From: Bacilli bacterium | GTDB lineage: Bacteria > Bacillota_I > Bacilli_A > RFN20 > CAG-826 | Direction: 5' to 3' | DNA: 64,000 nucleotides | Assembly: GCA_045597865.1 (NCBI GenBank) | Contig: JAZLKX010000052.1 | Coordinates: forward strand, 32,001 to 96,000 | In this document: in pieces, positions 18,101 to 27,218 of the stretch | Layout: each line of letters starts with the position of its first letter | How positions within the stretch are numbered: the stretch's first letter is position 1 | The notes under the pieces: generated by a model | Database searches by the model: none | Told to the model about the DNA's origin: nothing | Seen by the model: the letters and a program-made list of their open reading frames with translations, nothing else | Translations under genes and position numbers: made by a program

Positions 18101-20356
18101 GATGAAAAGTATTTTAAGTCGGACTTGCCACATGCAATTTTAAACAAGCCACTGCGCATGAATAACATGGCTCGTGCTGCATACTACATTTCACCAATCG
18201 TTGGTGCCAATTATGGACGCATTCAACACGTAGTTGTTAGCTCTGAACGAACTAATGTTGGAAACTTTGTTGGCTTTATTGGTTCTATTGCTGGTAAACA
18301 GGAACGTGGCTTTGTTGACTTCTGCTCAGTATACGCAAAGGATAAGTTTAAATACTTTGAAAATGAACCTGTGAAACCCAATTATGATACTATGGACGAA
18401 TCTGCTTTCTCAGCTGCAATGGCTAAGTATGATGATGCTTGCCGTAATTACAACTATCAGGTACGCTATAAAACGACACCTATCATGCCAGCAACAGTTT
18501 CAGAAGCAGTTCAGACATTAACAGAAAATCCTGATTTTGATTGGAAAGATTATGAATACTATCCGAAAGGCAGCGATACAAAAATTGATGAAGATGAATA
18601 CAGTGCAGTATCGTCTAATCCTATTCTGACGAAGGATTACCTTAATAAGATAGGAGTAATTAGATATATTGATACAGACTCAAAAACTGATTGGATAAAT
18701 GCTGGATTTAAGGTATATACTAAAAATCCTGACTACATCTATGATAAAGCATTCTTTGACGCATCTGCTCCAATTCGTGCATTTACATCAGCATGGTATG
18801 ATGACTACAATGTTACAGCTGAAAATGTAATGGATGATGTTGTTACTTATAAGCTACGTCCGATCTTTAATGCAGGTGGCTTGTTTGGTAAAGTTGTGCC
18901 AACTTATAATATGAATACGCTTGACATAACTGGACTTATGCCAATGTCCGGTACAACATTCCAGAACTGTAACGTACATTACATACTTGATGATGCCGTA
19001 CCTGAAGCACAAATAACTGATGTTACTTTGTTGTCAGCATACTCAAAAGATATTCATGATACATTTGGCGCTATTGCTGGTTTGCTGGAAGTACAGACAT
19101 CAGAAACATGCCAGTGGAATAAAAACGTAAATAACTCAATTGTGTTGAATGAAATAAACGTATCTGCCCAATGCAATGCAAATGAACCTGTACTTGCTTT
19201 TGGTTTCATGTCGTATCAGCCTAATGAGCTGCCTTCTGTAGTTGCTACTGAAGGTTCACCTCGTCAAAAAGCAGGTACACACGCAGGCGAATATACTGAA
19301 ACTACTTACGCTATTGATTTACCTATTGTGATTAACAATAATGTTGGTGGTTCACGCCACCGAATGTCATACGCACCTATTAACCAATCATCAGCAGCGT
19401 TCTTTGCATTTTCAGATAACAAATATCCTACGTATAATGATGTCATTTCTGGTGAAAGTTCAAAAATGTATATGCAGGATATTGTGGATAATGTTTTCAT
19501 TACCAATGGCAACGTGAATGTTAATAACTCAGCAATTACTTACTGCAACCCATCTGCTTTGACAATTTACATGGGTAAACGTGGCCCACTTAGTGTTGAC
19601 AGTACATTTGGTTCAAATACTACATTCATTCCAGCTATGCCAACATTGCCTAATGAAAACGCATCAGCTTATTCAACGATTTCACTTGTAAAGGAACAGC
19701 TTGATAACCCGGTAAACACAAGAACGTATTGTGTTGCTCATAGTGAACTTGCTGCTGATGTTAATAAGTTCCATAAAACAACTAACTTCTCACCTATCAA
19801 CATTGACTGTTTAAAGAATTCTGAGATCTTTAAGAAACAAGACGTTGTAGATATTTACTTTGACTATACATATTCTTCTAAGAGTGCATTTGTGGATGAC
19901 TGGTCATTCACGCAAGATGTAAAGTTCACATCAGCACTTGATGTTGATAAGCATAACAGAGGTATTAAGCCGAATGACAACAACATTAGACTTGGATATG
20001 TATTCCGTGATGAACTGAATTATTCGGGTAATGGTTTCTGGTATAATAATAACTATCTACACTTAGGTAATTCAGTTTCACCTAAGCACATTAGAACCAA
20101 ACTTGCACCGTCTGGTGCTCATCTGTATACTTCCGGTGCTGCAGGCTATTACTATAATAATGAAGGTGAACTTGTTTCTGCAAATGATGAGCATTCATTC
20201 GGCGGATTCTTGGTACTTGACTCTCAAGAACGAACAATAATGTTTATAGATAATACGTCAGGTGCGAAAATTGAGGACGGCGGTTCATATAACCTACAGT
20301 GCTCACCTGTTGTTTATGACGGCACATCTGGCGGCTTGCTATTAGAGGTTAAGTAA
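15200..20356 (+). CDS. large putative structural/adhesin protein with GLUG-like motifs
   Basis: 1718 aa; FQGVFDGNGH, GLIG..G..GTVKNI and GVLVGRNYG motifs; late operon. Confidence 0.6.
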   Translation: MSSVVFNAFKQRFLNGEVPKNDTWTFLPVNKKFNNTFVRTQDEFKLEQFRSLSDLFDHNFDAMNNSYFEGIRTDYDWYKPLDTSGTSKPMFITSGVFDKDGNQLSASNWEDFQKTEFYKDVSGNRDVNTYLASGGFYYILKKDELRWFADRVNSGNNRIIGVLGDGIDGVIHGQIGKSEDYPFQGVFDGNGHALEDVTVICDNDDNGLIGILGSEGTVKNIKLINNQGFLDDPDNVSLKCEKLIDINHIKKNGRDVNAGVLVGRNYGHIVNIDAHELGQFRFSGFVPQVYSVTNKSDNYNDFSTIRSKFDEGENMYYLNSWCINSPGNVCPYVGYFAEGLFAQSARGYAYSTDDATTATIHCIESYPTLKSKYNAGICDATLDLSSGMTRFGFFVKAAADQGIYKDGGEHDAERKACLTDPLYYQYADTEWGTNCVLFLGYTGKDELGKDIKYFIEINGTAYDKKAKKGQRRYYFHAGHFNYKKNLTYKVLGSNFNSWGENWGDDSDDDSLSRKYYYPLGDGDKYAIKCAFVFSNGEDDAETNDDDGISDEDFEVNDNDIRVYTADGIPAKIVSFDWTALRWTPLNKDTSSSVWNDIKYKLHIRKGVYYYGGTIIDNSDISQPGKPRTWLFFFVVNEENPTVTKDSKDDAGIGLHSALNFEEYDTETHWCGTATNKGRWAYYDEELSVEDAYKKACNGDFGMAVPEAMRSALTDAASVKIADDACAEKSYMFHWEYEKNTTGPNHYATKILVDDSDKSDLSAYLSHRQETWKDGVHFNGLHKYDMLVNSNVYAAGTMVLTLLQVSDFQYRPFVHASETDNLVYVNETDPTTWKSNPSLFPGARFGDVSGIYGFAPTLQYFTDAARRYAMNPNYYGLDVDGFWTTNCVRPDPENDPWKNQHTGRESWISTLNFNWNIMRHMFDTENDYYKRMAEYDQVNDPEPYRYDTHIEMHNQFMPPEVYKGLDFTDEKYFKSDLPHAILNKPLRMNNMARAAYYISPIVGANYGRIQHVVVSSERTNVGNFVGFIGSIAGKQERGFVDFCSVYAKDKFKYFENEPVKPNYDTMDESAFSAAMAKYDDACRNYNYQVRYKTTPIMPATVSEAVQTLTENPDFDWKDYEYYPKGSDTKIDEDEYSAVSSNPILTKDYLNKIGVIRYIDTDSKTDWINAGFKVYTKNPDYIYDKAFFDASAPIRAFTSAWYDDYNVTAENVMDDVVTYKLRPIFNAGGLFGKVVPTYNMNTLDITGLMPMSGTTFQNCNVHYILDDAVPEAQITDVTLLSAYSKDIHDTFGAIAGLLEVQTSETCQWNKNVNNSIVLNEINVSAQCNANEPVLAFGFMSYQPNELPSVVATEGSPRQKAGTHAGEYTETTYAIDLPIVINNNVGGSRHRMSYAPINQSSAAFFAFSDNKYPTYNDVISGESSKMYMQDIVDNVFITNGNVNVNNSAITYCNPSALTIYMGKRGPLSVDSTFGSNTTFIPAMPTLPNENASAYSTISLVKEQLDNPVNTRTYCVAHSELAADVNKFHKTTNFSPINIDCLKNSEIFKKQDVVDIYFDYTYSSKSAFVDDWSFTQDVKFTSALDVDKHNRGIKPNDNNIRLGYVFRDELNYSGNGFWYNNNYLHLGNSVSPKHIRTKLAPSGAHLYTSGAAGYYYNNEGELVSANDEHSFGGFLVLDSQERTIMFIDNTSGAKIEDGGSYNLQCSPVVYDGTSGGLLLEVK

Positions 20357-21282
20357 TGTATTGGTCAGCTGAAAATCCTAAATACGTGTTTCCTGCATAT
20401 AAGTATGCTTTAGGAACAAACGAAATTACAGGGTATAATGAAAATAACATTGCCTTGTCTTTCGTTACACAAGATGTAACTGCAATAACAAATAAAAACT
20501 TCTGGACACGTGACTGTGCATCGCCGTTCCTTCGTTATTCAGCGTTTTGGTTTGTGCCGGATAATGCAATTCAGTTCGCTGACACTTATTTGACAAATGT
20601 TACGACAGGATCGGTAAATAAAGACACTGATACATCATCAACTTATTCATATCAGTACATGACAAATACCGAACCTGAATACTATCTTTTTACGAAGGGT
20701 CTTAAAGGTCGTGAAAGATACATTTCAGCATGTCAGCTGATTAAAGATTTGGACTATGATGTAAATGCGTTTAACGAAGTTGTTTATGTAAAAGGTTCAA
20801 AAGGCATTAAAGGAACTGTGCCTGGAAGAAAGGCTCAGTATTTGACTCGTGAATACAACTTGTCAGGCATTTATAGCCAGGATCTTTATCGTGAGCTAAA
20901 CATACCGGAAGACAATATCATTGAAGACTTGGTATTTTATCGTCCAGCAGAATCACTTGAATTTCAGGATCGTGATGATTTGGTTGAAAAACGACTTAAA
21001 GACTATGTAAAGATAAATAAGATCGTCGCCACAAAAGGAAGCAAAGGCTTCAAAGGCATTAAAGCTAAGAAAGGTATTGTGAACCCAAATAATAATGTTT
21101 ATTATTCTGGACGAATACTGGAATATGGTGCTCGCGGTTTTATTCTTTCATACACTGATGATAATCATGTTGGCGGCGGAATGATTCCTATGACTTACTA
21201 TGAATTTCCTAACCCGATTTACTCAAACATGGATTACATCAAGATTAACTGGAACACAAACGGTTTCATTGAGGTGAAGTAA
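20356..21282 (+). CDS. putative structural protein
   Basis: N- and C-termini resemble those of 15200-20356; two KGSKG-x-KG segments. Confidence 0.55.
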   Translation: MYWSAENPKYVFPAYKYALGTNEITGYNENNIALSFVTQDVTAITNKNFWTRDCASPFLRYSAFWFVPDNAIQFADTYLTNVTTGSVNKDTDTSSTYSYQYMTNTEPEYYLFTKGLKGRERYISACQLIKDLDYDVNAFNEVVYVKGSKGIKGTVPGRKAQYLTREYNLSGIYSQDLYRELNIPEDNIIEDLVFYRPAESLEFQDRDDLVEKRLKDYVKINKIVATKGSKGFKGIKAKKGIVNPNNNVYYSGRILEYGARGFILSYTDDNHVGGGMIPMTYYEFPNPIYSNMDYIKINWNTNGFIEVK

Positions 21283-22058
21283 TGGCGATAGACTATAAAA
21301 AGTTTCCGTGGCTTTGCCCGACAACAGGTTATGACTTTAATCAAGGTGAAGAAAGTTCAATAGCCGGAAATATCGTTAAGGATTCTGAATCTGTTACATC
21401 GGAAGAAACAACAACTGATGCGTACGGCAAGTTTGGTTTAAAGCTGCTTTACTATAAAGTATCATTGGACACTCAAAAGGATGAGATTTACGGCGAAGAT
21501 ACTTTGCATATGATTGAGCGTTCATTTTACTTTAACGGCTATGTTGAACAAATCCCACCTAATGTAAGAACTTATCAACTTGAAGGTATATGGGGTGAAG
21601 ATGTTATCACAATGTATGTTGGAAAGACTGCATTTAAGTATTGGTCAACATACGGCGGCGAAGACAGGAACACGCCGGAAGTATTTGATGACATTGAGCC
21701 AAGGATCGGTGATGTAATCTATTTTGAAGTCAATGATACCTTTTATGAAATCCGCGATGTAAAGAATTGGTCAGACGCATTTGGTCTTGCACAACACACT
21801 TACACAATTACTCTTAAGGTGTATAAAGATACAAAGATGACCATTGATACTGATAATGAAACTTTGAAAGATATCAATGACCCAATTTATAAAGTCGCTT
21901 CAAGCAAGCTTAGGGAAGCAGAACCTATGCATGACGACTTGTCAATAAATAGGTATCTTGAGGAAATTACAAAAGAAGGCGGCACGGAAGCAATGAACCC
22001 GCTTTGGGAAGACAGAAGTCAAGGCGAAACACGAATTGACCCATTTGACGGCTGGTAA
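21282..22058 (+). CDS. neck protein, T4 gp14-like
   Basis: D.IYGED...F...YVE, P..GDVIYF...FYEI..V and C-terminal DPF motifs. Confidence 0.65.
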   Translation: MAIDYKKFPWLCPTTGYDFNQGEESSIAGNIVKDSESVTSEETTTDAYGKFGLKLLYYKVSLDTQKDEIYGEDTLHMIERSFYFNGYVEQIPPNVRTYQLEGIWGEDVITMYVGKTAFKYWSTYGGEDRNTPEVFDDIEPRIGDVIYFEVNDTFYEIRDVKNWSDAFGLAQHTYTITLKVYKDTKMTIDTDNETLKDINDPIYKVASSKLREAEPMHDDLSINRYLEEITKEGGTEAMNPLWEDRSQGETRIDPFDGW

Positions 22059-22164
22059 GAAAAAATTGGCGCTTAAATTTCATTAAATCCCCAGACTTTA
22101 TTACAGTTTTTTCTCTTATTCTTCTGTGGTTGTGTTGTATAATATAAGCACGGATAATTATTCA

Positions 22165-22199
22165 AATACCGCGGCAAAACCGCGGTATTACAGTTTTTT
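22165..22199 (+). terminator. terminator-like hairpin ending the late operon
   Basis: AATACCGCGG/CCGCGGTATT stem, with a T run shortly after. Confidence 0.6.
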
Positions 22200-22241
22200 C
22201 AAAAAAATTCAGTTTTTTTCATATTTTTTCCTTCGCTACCA

Positions 22242-22290
22242 TTTACAAGCCGGGAAATAGTTGTTATATTTTACTCGTAAAACAAAACAA
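22242..22290 (+). promoter_or_regulatory. recurrent early promoter TT(T/G)(A/C)CA-N17-TA(T/A)ATT, usually followed by TTACTCGTAA (also at 23097, 25489, 27149, 30403, 33329, 46576, 49104, 52406)
   Basis: Nine copies with a 17-nt spacer, each directly upstream of an accessory gene block. Confidence 0.8.
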
Positions 22291-22312
22291 ACAACAACTG
22301 AGGAATTTGTCA

Positions 22313-22522
22313 ATGTGCCAGGTTTGTGAAATGAGAGGTGACGGCAAGCGTCACATGGAGCTTAAGGTTCAATGGACCCCTCAAAATTCAAATTCCGTTC
22401 AGGTCAAGCAACTGCAAGATATTACTGTTTCAGTTGTTGACTGGACAAAAAGCGAAAACGAATGTACACAAATCGGCAAGATGAAGTATTGCTGGAATTG
22501 CGGCAGGAAATTGGAGGAATAA
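22313..22522 (+). CDS. small zinc-ribbon protein
   Basis: CQVC...CWNCG; GAGG RBS. Confidence 0.6.
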   Translation: MCQVCEMRGDGKRHMELKVQWTPQNSNSVQVKQLQDITVSVVDWTKSENECTQIGKMKYCWNCGRKLEE

Positions 22523-22525
22523 GAT

Positions 22526-23083
22526 ATGACTGAAAAGCAGCAGCTTCTCGTTGAAACTGGCCTCGCTGTTATTAGCGATTTTGCTAAGGTGAACAAGATC
22601 AAGATGCCTTAGATTGACATCATTGATAAGCCAAAGCGTGCCAATTATTGCGGAATGTATCACTGCAATAAGAAGAGCATTGATGTGCTCGTAAAGCGTT
22701 GTGCAAATCTTGCAAAAGTTCCCGGCTTCTCCTGGAGCCACCCGGGCTACTTTGTTGATAGGACACCTTTCGGCGTCATCTGCCATGAATTTGGTCATCA
22801 TGTTGATAACATGCTTAATCGTATGAAAGGCATGCCCAAGTACAAAGGCGAAAAGGTTTCAGGTTATGAACCCAATGCGTGTGAACGCTTTGCGGAAAGC
22901 ATGAAACTCTTCTTGTCAAACCCTGACTTGCTTAAACAAACTTGCCCTAAGCGATATGAATTCTTGACGAAGAAACTTGGCCTTATTCCTTGCATTGAAG
23001 GAACTTGGAGAGAGGTCTTTGAGAAGAATTGCATGCATGATAAGTATTATGCTGCTGCTGAAAAGCGCATCAAGGAAAGATAA
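22526..23083 (+). CDS. zincin-like metallopeptidase domain protein; in-frame TAG at 22610
   Basis: HEFGH...ERFAE motif; GGAGG RBS before ATG 22526, in frame with the 22655 ORF. Confidence 0.55.
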
Positions 23084-23146
23084 TCAATTTTGCCTATTGC
23101 CAATTTCTGAAAATTAAATTATATTTGTTTCAAAAGGAAATTTAAT

Positions 23147-24460
23147 ATGAAGACATCTGAACTTTTTGACAAAATCCGTACTACTGCTGGCGCTTCTGCA
23201 AAAGCCGCACTGATGCAGGCAAATATGACGCCTGTTATCACTGAAATCTTCAATGACTGTTATGACAATTCTCATAAGTATTACGTGAAGAAGTTTAACA
23301 TGCCTACTTCCGCCGGCAACTTGACTATTGAAAGCAATTATGATGCTTTCCATAACATGCTCAAATTGCTTGCTGACCGCCTGGCAACCGGTAATGACGC
23401 AGTTGTTATGGTTGAAAGCGTTATCGGAAGTTATGTTGCTGAAGATCAGCCGATCCTTGCCGCTATCATGGACCGTAATCTTAAGATCGGTTTGTCAAAG
23501 GAAACATTTGGAAAGCTCGCTGGTGCTTCTATGCCTGCTAAGTTTGAAGTTACCCTTGCAGTCAATCTTGACAATGCAAAGGGAGTTAACCCGATTGATG
23601 GAACTTTCTATGCCTCTCGTAAATGTGATGGGACGAGATGTATTGGCATGTGCCATAAGGAAAATGGCGAAGTGACCATCAAGTTTCTTTCCCGTGGCAA
23701 CAAGGAATTCACAACACTTGATAATGTTAAGCCAGCTTTGACTTGGTATCTTCGTGATCTTCCTGACGGTGATTATGTAACTGACGGTGAACTCTGTAAG
23801 GTTGATGAAAACGGAGACGAAGACTTCCAGGCTATTATGAAGGAAATTAAGCGAAAGGATTACACTATTGCCGATCCTTGCTATCAGATGTTTGACTTCT
23901 GCACTCTTGCTGAATTTGAAGGCAGGGCAACTTCTGAAAACTTTACCAGCCGTTATGCAGCAATGCAGAACATGATGAAGGGCAACAAGTTCAAGGAAAT
24001 CAAGTTGCTTAAACAGGAACTTATCAAATCTCAAGAAGACTTTGACCGTTGGTCCAAGTATGTTGAAGACGGCAACTGGGAAGGCTTCATGCTTCGTAAG
24101 GACATCCCGTTTGAAACGGGTCGCTCCAAGAATCTCTTGAAGGTAAAGAAGTTTGATGATACCGAGCTTGTTGTTAAACGAGTTGAAGTTGCAGAAATGA
24201 CAACAGCTGAACCTGGGAAAGGCAATGTAACTTACACCGGCATCAAGGCTCTTATTGTTGAATATAAGGGTAATGATGTTCATGTGGGTTCCGGCTTGAC
24301 AAAGGAACAGCGCATTGCTTGGTACGCAGATCCTAAGAAGATCATCGGAAAGACAATTTGTGTGAAGTACTTTGAGGAAAGCCGCAGCCAAAACGGAACT
24401 TATTCCTTGCGCTTCCCTATCCTCAAGTACGTTTATGAAAACGGCCGCGGAGATCTTTAA
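23147..24460 (+). CDS. lig: ATP-dependent DNA ligase (T4 gp30-like)
   Basis: KCDGTR, DGEL, EGFMLR, LLKVK, VGSG and SLRFP motifs. Confidence 0.92.
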   Translation: MKTSELFDKIRTTAGASAKAALMQANMTPVITEIFNDCYDNSHKYYVKKFNMPTSAGNLTIESNYDAFHNMLKLLADRLATGNDAVVMVESVIGSYVAEDQPILAAIMDRNLKIGLSKETFGKLAGASMPAKFEVTLAVNLDNAKGVNPIDGTFYASRKCDGTRCIGMCHKENGEVTIKFLSRGNKEFTTLDNVKPALTWYLRDLPDGDYVTDGELCKVDENGDEDFQAIMKEIKRKDYTIADPCYQMFDFCTLAEFEGRATSENFTSRYAAMQNMMKGNKFKEIKLLKQELIKSQEDFDRWSKYVEDGNWEGFMLRKDIPFETGRSKNLLKVKKFDDTELVVKRVEVAEMTTAEPGKGNVTYTGIKALIVEYKGNDVHVGSGLTKEQRIAWYADPKKIIGKTICVKYFEESRSQNGTYSLRFPILKYVYENGRGDL

Positions 24461-24859
24461 TGAAAGTAAAAAGTAAAGCGTTAAAAGAAGAACGCCTTTT
24501 TAACCTCCTTAACGGAAAACAAATTGGCGAACTTGCTGAAGCATGTCGTAAAAGCAAGACCTTCATAAAGAAGCGTTCATATAAGTGTGTACTTTCCTAT
24601 ATTGATGAATGCTTTTAACTATGTGGATGTGGGATATTGCGGTTGGACGGTATTCAGATACTGAAGGTGAAAAAATGATAAGGGTCTTGCAAAAGTATAA
24701 GCAGATGATAAACATCTATTTTACGGAGTAAAGATGAAACCTGAAACAAGACGCATGCTTAATGAATGAGGAATAATTTCTTCATATCAGTTTTTATCTC
24801 AAAATGTTGTTATATTTGACTAATAAATAAAACCAACAATATATTGAGAGGTGACTAAT

Positions 24860-25150
24860 ATGTCTGAATACGATTCCGCAAATTTTGATGCTATGAATTC
24901 TTCTGAGCTTATCGCTCACGGTATCCGTAAGATCAAGACCCGAGTAATTGAACGCTTTGAAAAAGCACAGAAGCGTCCTAATCCGCATAAGCTTCCATCT
25001 GACAAGCAGATGAAGGCAGCAAAGGATGTTGCTGAACTTGATGAGCTTTATAAGCAGGTTGTTGCTTATTGGCAGGAAGAAGCTTTTAAGATGGGTTATA
25101 CCCAGGCTCTCTCCGAAGTCAATAGCGATATTAAGAAGGCCGGCATTTAA
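24860..25150 (+). CDS. hypothetical protein
   Basis: GAGG RBS; codon usage like neighbours. Confidence 0.55.
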   Translation: MSEYDSANFDAMNSSELIAHGIRKIKTRVIERFEKAQKRPNPHKLPSDKQMKAAKDVAELDELYKQVVAYWQEEAFKMGYTQALSEVNSDIKKAGI

Positions 25151-25241
25151 CACAATCTACAAAGATTAAGCAAATTTGCTGTAATAAATCCACCCATTTT
25201 AATGAAATTTGGGTGGTATTTTTAACTTAAAAGGAAGAAGT

Positions 25242-25463
25242 ATGCGAGATCCTGCTCGTTTGTTACCGCTTTATTCATATCTGGCGAAGATTCACGAAGA
25301 ACATTTCCCGGATCTTCGCATTGGACAGTTCCTCAAGAATGTTTCTGAATGGTATGGTGCAGACGTCTTCTATATAGAAGACGACAGACTTTATGAACTC
25401 ATCCCTCGGTATCTAAAGTCACTTGAGTTGCATGAAAAGTTTGCACAAGGCGCACGGAAATAA
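25242..25463 (+). CDS. small phage protein (MRDPxR...PDLRxGQ type)
   Basis: AAGGA RBS; N-terminal motif common in small phage proteins. Confidence 0.55.
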   Translation: MRDPARLLPLYSYLAKIHEEHFPDLRIGQFLKNVSEWYGADVFYIEDDRLYELIPRYLKSLELHEKFAQGARK

Positions 25464-25548
25464 AAACATTCATTTTCAAAATTGACTATTTACAGGACGG
25501 GTAAATGTTTTTAAATTTTACTCGTAAACAAAAATAAAGGAAACAACT

Positions 25549-26799
25549 ATGGAAATTCTCACAAAAGAGTTCACCGAACATTATCCGCAGATTATCACCC
25601 ATCGTACTGACACTGACTTCTATAAGTACACGATGCAGTATGTGATTTGGCGTATGTGTCCGTCTATCAAGTCGCACTGGAAGTTCAAGGTTCGCTCTGC
25701 TCATGCAAAGACTGCATGGCTTACTGATGAAATCAATTATCAGCTTGACCGTGTAGCTGAACTGATGCACACCCAGGAAGAACTTGACTTCCTCGGCAAC
25801 ATTCCGTGGTTCACTCCTGAATTTATTGAACATCTTGAAGATCACCGCCTCAAGCGTAAGTATATCCGCTGCTGGGCGGATCTTGAAAAGGATGAAGTTT
25901 GTATTGAAGCAGAAGGTCCGGAATTGAATGTTCAGTGGTGGGAAATCTATGTTCTTGAAATCGTTCAGGAACTTTGGATGAGCAAGGCACCTCGTGATTA
26001 TGACTGGGCCGATAAGGAACTGACGAAGACCATTGAAACTTACAATGCTCTTTATGAAAAGAAGCCTTTCACCCTTGCAGATTTTGGCTGCCGTCGCCGT
26101 GACTCTAAGAATTGGCAAGCACATGTGATTGAACGCTTGATGCGTGAATGCAAGGCTTTCGTTGGAACCTCCAATGTTTACTTCGCAATGAAGTACGGTA
26201 TCAAGCCGATTGGTACTTATGCACATCAGATGGAAGCTCTTACCCAGGGACTTGATGACGTGCCTTTGGCAAAGTCTCAGGAAACTGTTTGGGAATGGTG
26301 GACAAAGGTCTATCGCGGAAACTTGGGTATTGCTTTGTCTGACAACTTTGGCTTCAAGGCATTCCTCCGCAACTTTGACCTTTACTACAAGAAGTTGTTT
26401 GACGGTTGCCGTCACGACTCTGGTAACCCGTTCACTTGGGGCGACATGCTTATTGACGCCTATAAGGCAGATAAGATTGACCCGCTGACAAAGACAGGTG
26501 TCTGGTCCGACGGCCTTGACCGTAATGATGTGGTTAAGATTGTTGACTACTTCTATGGCCGCATTAAGGTTTCCATTGGCCAGGGCGGCTACTTGATGTC
26601 CAGAACTATTCCGCCTACTTACGAAGTTCAGCCGCTTAAGATGGTTATGAAGGTGATTGAAGTAAACGGTAAGCCGGTTGTCAAGCTTTCCGATGAACCG
26701 GGCAAGACGATGTGCGAAGATCAGTCCTTCGTTGATTACGCAAAGAAGGTCTATAAGTATGAACCGTTGACCGTAGAACACTACGACCACGAGATTTAA
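25549..26799 (+). CDS. pncB: nicotinate phosphoribosyltransferase
   Basis: DTDFYKYTM, DFGCRR, GTSN, PIGTYAH (phospho-His), RHDSG and KLSDEPGK motifs. Confidence 0.92.
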   Translation: MEILTKEFTEHYPQIITHRTDTDFYKYTMQYVIWRMCPSIKSHWKFKVRSAHAKTAWLTDEINYQLDRVAELMHTQEELDFLGNIPWFTPEFIEHLEDHRLKRKYIRCWADLEKDEVCIEAEGPELNVQWWEIYVLEIVQELWMSKAPRDYDWADKELTKTIETYNALYEKKPFTLADFGCRRRDSKNWQAHVIERLMRECKAFVGTSNVYFAMKYGIKPIGTYAHQMEALTQGLDDVPLAKSQETVWEWWTKVYRGNLGIALSDNFGFKAFLRNFDLYYKKLFDGCRHDSGNPFTWGDMLIDAYKADKIDPLTKTGVWSDGLDRNDVVKIVDYFYGRIKVSIGQGGYLMSRTIPPTYEVQPLKMVMKVIEVNGKPVVKLSDEPGKTMCEDQSFVDYAKKVYKYEPLTVEHYDHEI

Positions 26800-26811
26800 A
26801 CTGGAGTCTCT

Positions 26812-27030
26812 ATGAAACATTTGAAAGTATTGTGCCTATACTTCTTCATCTGTGCTTTAAATGCAGCGATGAGCGTAGCAACGGTGCCAGCATGGGCAAT
26901 GCTAATTTTATCAGCGTTGTTCTACTGTACTATATGGGATCTATGCTCATATATGTTTACTGGCACTATGTGTTGGTATGATTTTGTGAAACAGATTGTC
27001 AAAAAGTTAAAACCCAAGGAGAAACCATGA
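26812..27030 (+). CDS. small membrane protein
   Basis: GGAG RBS; two hydrophobic stretches. Confidence 0.5.
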   Translation: MKHLKVLCLYFFICALNAAMSVATVPAWAMLILSALFYCTIWDLCSYMFTGTMCWYDFVKQIVKKLKPKEKP

Positions 27031-27218
27031 TTGACGAAAACCTTCATCCTAGCTATGCTTTAAAGCGACGGATTAAAGAACATACTGACAAGGATTTGGT
27101 TGACTTCTAATCAGTGGATTAAATCATTTTAAATTTGGGTGGGCACTATTTACAGCCTACCCATTCTTTTTTATATTTTACTCGTAATCAAAAACAATAA
27201 CTAAAAGGAAACTTAAAT

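Noticed and set aside
15200-20356. Genome-wide genetic code 15
   Set aside because: Long genes contain no in-frame TAG and some TAGs are followed by a terminator or an RBS-led gene; only sparse read-through is proposed
22242-22290. Host assignment from promoter shape (TATATT / TAnnTTTG)
   Set aside because: Compatible with several anaerobic phyla and cannot be resolved without database comparison
23495-24391. Long antisense ORFs (also 25486-26820, 30815-31435, 35120-35863, 34324-34857)
   Set aside because: They lie opposite well-supported genes with biased codon usage; no RBS or recognisable motifs
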